From: Salisapilia sapeloensis CBS 127946
Lineage: Eukaryota > Protista > Oomycota
Direction: 5' to 3'
DNA length: 32,904 nucleotides
Assembly: GCA_023334545.1 (NCBI GenBank)
Contig: JAADVB010000212.1
Span: 1-32,904 of the forward strand
Positions 30,842 to 32,904 of the stretch are shown piece by piece. Each line of letters starts with the position of its first letter. Within the stretch, counting starts at the first letter, position 1. The position numbers were made by a program, and so were the translations under genes. The notes beneath the pieces were generated by a model. The model had not been told where the DNA came from and ran no database searches. It saw only the letters and a program-made list of their open reading frames with translations.

Positions 30842-31901
30842 ATGTCCACCATCCGCTGTATTTTCGTTTTACCTGCAGAGGTATATTTTCAATCCGCTGG
30901 ATCACAACCCGAATCGATAGAAAAGAACTAGTCTGCAGTCTGGACGGAGCCACTCCGGCTCTACCTCACTTTTGCCGTGCGCAAACAAGTAGCGTACGGA
31001 AAGGGAACAGATAGTGGTCTTAAAAAGGAAGAATGGTCTACGGTACTCCATAAATTTAACCAATACAACAAATTGGCATATACAAAAACGCAATTACAAA
31101 GCCAGTGGGGTGCAATGAAGGAGTATCAAACTTTTCCAGCGCTTGTCAGCGATAGCGGATTTGGCAGGGAAGAACTCAGTAAGCTGCCGACAGGTCCTCA
31201 AGAGGTAATGCGTAGTGTTTTGTATTAAATAAACAATGCTGACATTACTCAATGTATTTTAGATATGGGACGCGTATCTCGCAGTCCATAAAGATGCCAA
31301 AGAGTTTCAATACAAGACATTACCAAACTATGATGAGCTTCATATTGTCTATGTGACTAGCGGAGCGTACCCGCAATCATGCGGTCTCGACGCCTTGGAG
31401 GATCATCGATCACAATATCAAGATTACTCGACTGATGATGCGACTGAAGGTCAGATGTCGTCTTTTATGGTTGACTAACTATCTTTTCAATCGGATCCAG
31501 CCAAGGCTACATCTCCTGCTAATATGCCACAACGCAACCTAGCACCACTATCGCCAATAGCATCAACACCAAGCACAATATCCCGAGCGCGGGACGAGCA
31601 AGTAACAGGGAATGTTCGAGAGGGAAAGCGGAAAAGGTCGTCACGTAATGAAATAGCAGACGCTCTTCGTCTCCTGGCTAAGTGTCAGCTTGAACTTGCT
31701 GCAGTTCGAAAGGAAAGTCACTCGTCTGTAATGCAGCTTGCCATACTTGACTTCAATATGCAGTTTGCCGCCCGTTCACCACGCAGCAAGATCAAATTCA
31801 CTCGCCACATTGTCTTAAATCCTAACGAAGTAGAGATGTATAACGAGCTAGATGCTAAAGTTAAAATCGAGTACGTGGCTGATGACATTGGAGACGAGTA
31901 G
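30842..31901 (+). CDS. Harbinger ORF1-type Myb/SANT-like DNA-binding protein, spliced and possibly degenerate
   Basis: WTEPLRLYLTFAVRKQVAYGKGTDSGLKKEEW...QLQSQW...SGFG joins through intron 31205-31262 (GT..GCTGAC..AG) to IWDAYLAVHKDAKEFQYKTLPNYDEL, then through intron 31450-31500 (GT..CTAAC..CAG) in frame to the 31524-31901 ORF. An in-frame TAG at 30929-30931 makes the 5' end uncertain. Confidence 0.75.
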
Positions 31902-31929
31902 GCATAAAAAGAAAAGCAACAACAGGTCA

Positions 31930-32904
31930 CTATTCTTGAGAGTTCAAGTATTGCTGATAGTCCGACCACATCTTCGTCGCTAGCCTATCGCGGAACTTCG
32001 ACGCTTCGCTATTGTCCTGACCTTCGTGCACAATGTCGCCCTCGTCACAATACTCGTCGACTGTTTCGTTTGTGCTACATATTATATCGTTGTCTTCCTG
32101 ATACCGGAGGATATACTTATGCAGGATACAGCAGCACAAAATCAGGTTAGATTGTAAATAAATGAAATATTCCGGGACTCTTTTCAAAATATCCCATCGT
32201 TTTCTAGTGACACCGAAAACTCTTTCGACGACGTTTCTGGGTGAAGAGTGACGGAGATTAAAGAGCTCCTTCTTGTCCTGCGAATGCTCATAACCTTTAG
32301 ACCATTCATTCAGACGGTATCTTACGCCTCGATGAGGAGTGAGTATATTCTTAGTAAGAGCATAACCTGCGTCGCCAAGATAAAACTACTTCTCGCCACA
32401 CTTTAGACCTTACGTCCATGCGTCCCGTAGTACCCGTCCATCGTGAGCTGATCCCTCCCATCTTGCAAGTAAGTATGAAAACGACGTATCGAAATTACAT
32501 ACTGCCAAAACATTTTGACTCAAGCTGCCTTTCCGATTTCGGAGAGCACGACTATCTATTTTACATGGTAATATGTCAATACGAGTGCCGTCTAGTGCCC
32601 CAATACATTGCTCGAAGTACAGTTGAAAGCCTGGTTTAAAGGATTTTGTTGGTCTCTGTACGACGTACTGCCGCTGCAAGGGCAAGACGGCACTCGCAAA
32701 CTCGAGTAGAGCTCTTTTAATCGTTTTCCACTATGCTTATAACGTTCTTTGTAATGGGCTAATCATTACATAGGACACAATGGCCATTGTCCTCGATGAT
32801 TTCGTACATATACATACGAAGTGAGGCGGAAGTGATGATGCACGCGTCATCATTCCAATTGCCAGAGGCTAATATGTTGAAGCCGTTATCAGGAGAAGTC
32901 AGAA
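31930..32904 (-). pseudogene. PIF/Harbinger DDE transposase pseudogene
   Basis: YFEQCIGALDGT, RNRKG..SQNVLAVC, WEGSAHD, YLGDAGY and ELFNLRHSS.RNVVERVFG...RWDIL are in one frame, with nonsense codons at 32410-32412 (TAA) and 32386-32388 (TAG). There is an apparent 1-nt frameshift near 32730 (HSG-E-TI motif) and further disruptions upstream. Confidence 0.9.

Larger units (their letters stand above)
30712..32904. mobile_element. Decayed PIF/Harbinger DNA transposon, left end visible, truncated by the window edge
   Basis: TAA at 30709-30711 is followed directly by GGGTCCGTCTGGTAAAC, resembling PIF/Tourist-type TIRs with a TAA target duplication. Inside are a Myb/SANT-like ORF (+) and a HARBI1-like DDE transposase (-), arranged tail to tail. 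The right TIR is not in the window. Confidence 0.85.

Overview
This is eukaryotic DNA, most likely from an oomycete. The basis is INR-FPR core-promoter motifs, 50-75 nt introns with CTAAC/CTGAC-type branch sites, and the gene families present; the species cannot be determined. Left to right: (1) the 5' part of an intron-rich coiled-coil gene on the minus strand that the ORF track misses; (2) a 912-aa single-ORF fusion of a secreted multicopper oxidase (all four copper-binding motifs intact) to an 8-TM ZupT/GufA-type ZIP metal transporter, which is the most striking item here; (3) MetAP2, split by one 60-nt intron; (4) a ~3044-aa protein with EF-hand-like, IQ, CLU, LamG and LRR regions; (5) a metzincin-motif peptidase with jacalin-like repeats; (6) Nup107 with an N-terminal ubiquitin-like domain; (7) a PH domain fused to a PGAM5-like histidine phosphatase; (8) a secreted trypsin-like protease with a duplicated C-terminal domain; (9) a decayed PIF/Harbinger transposon (left TIR with TAA, spliced Myb/SANT ORF, dead DDE transposase) running off the right edge. 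No tRNA, rRNA or CRISPR array was seen. All domain calls come from reading motifs by eye; no database searches were run.
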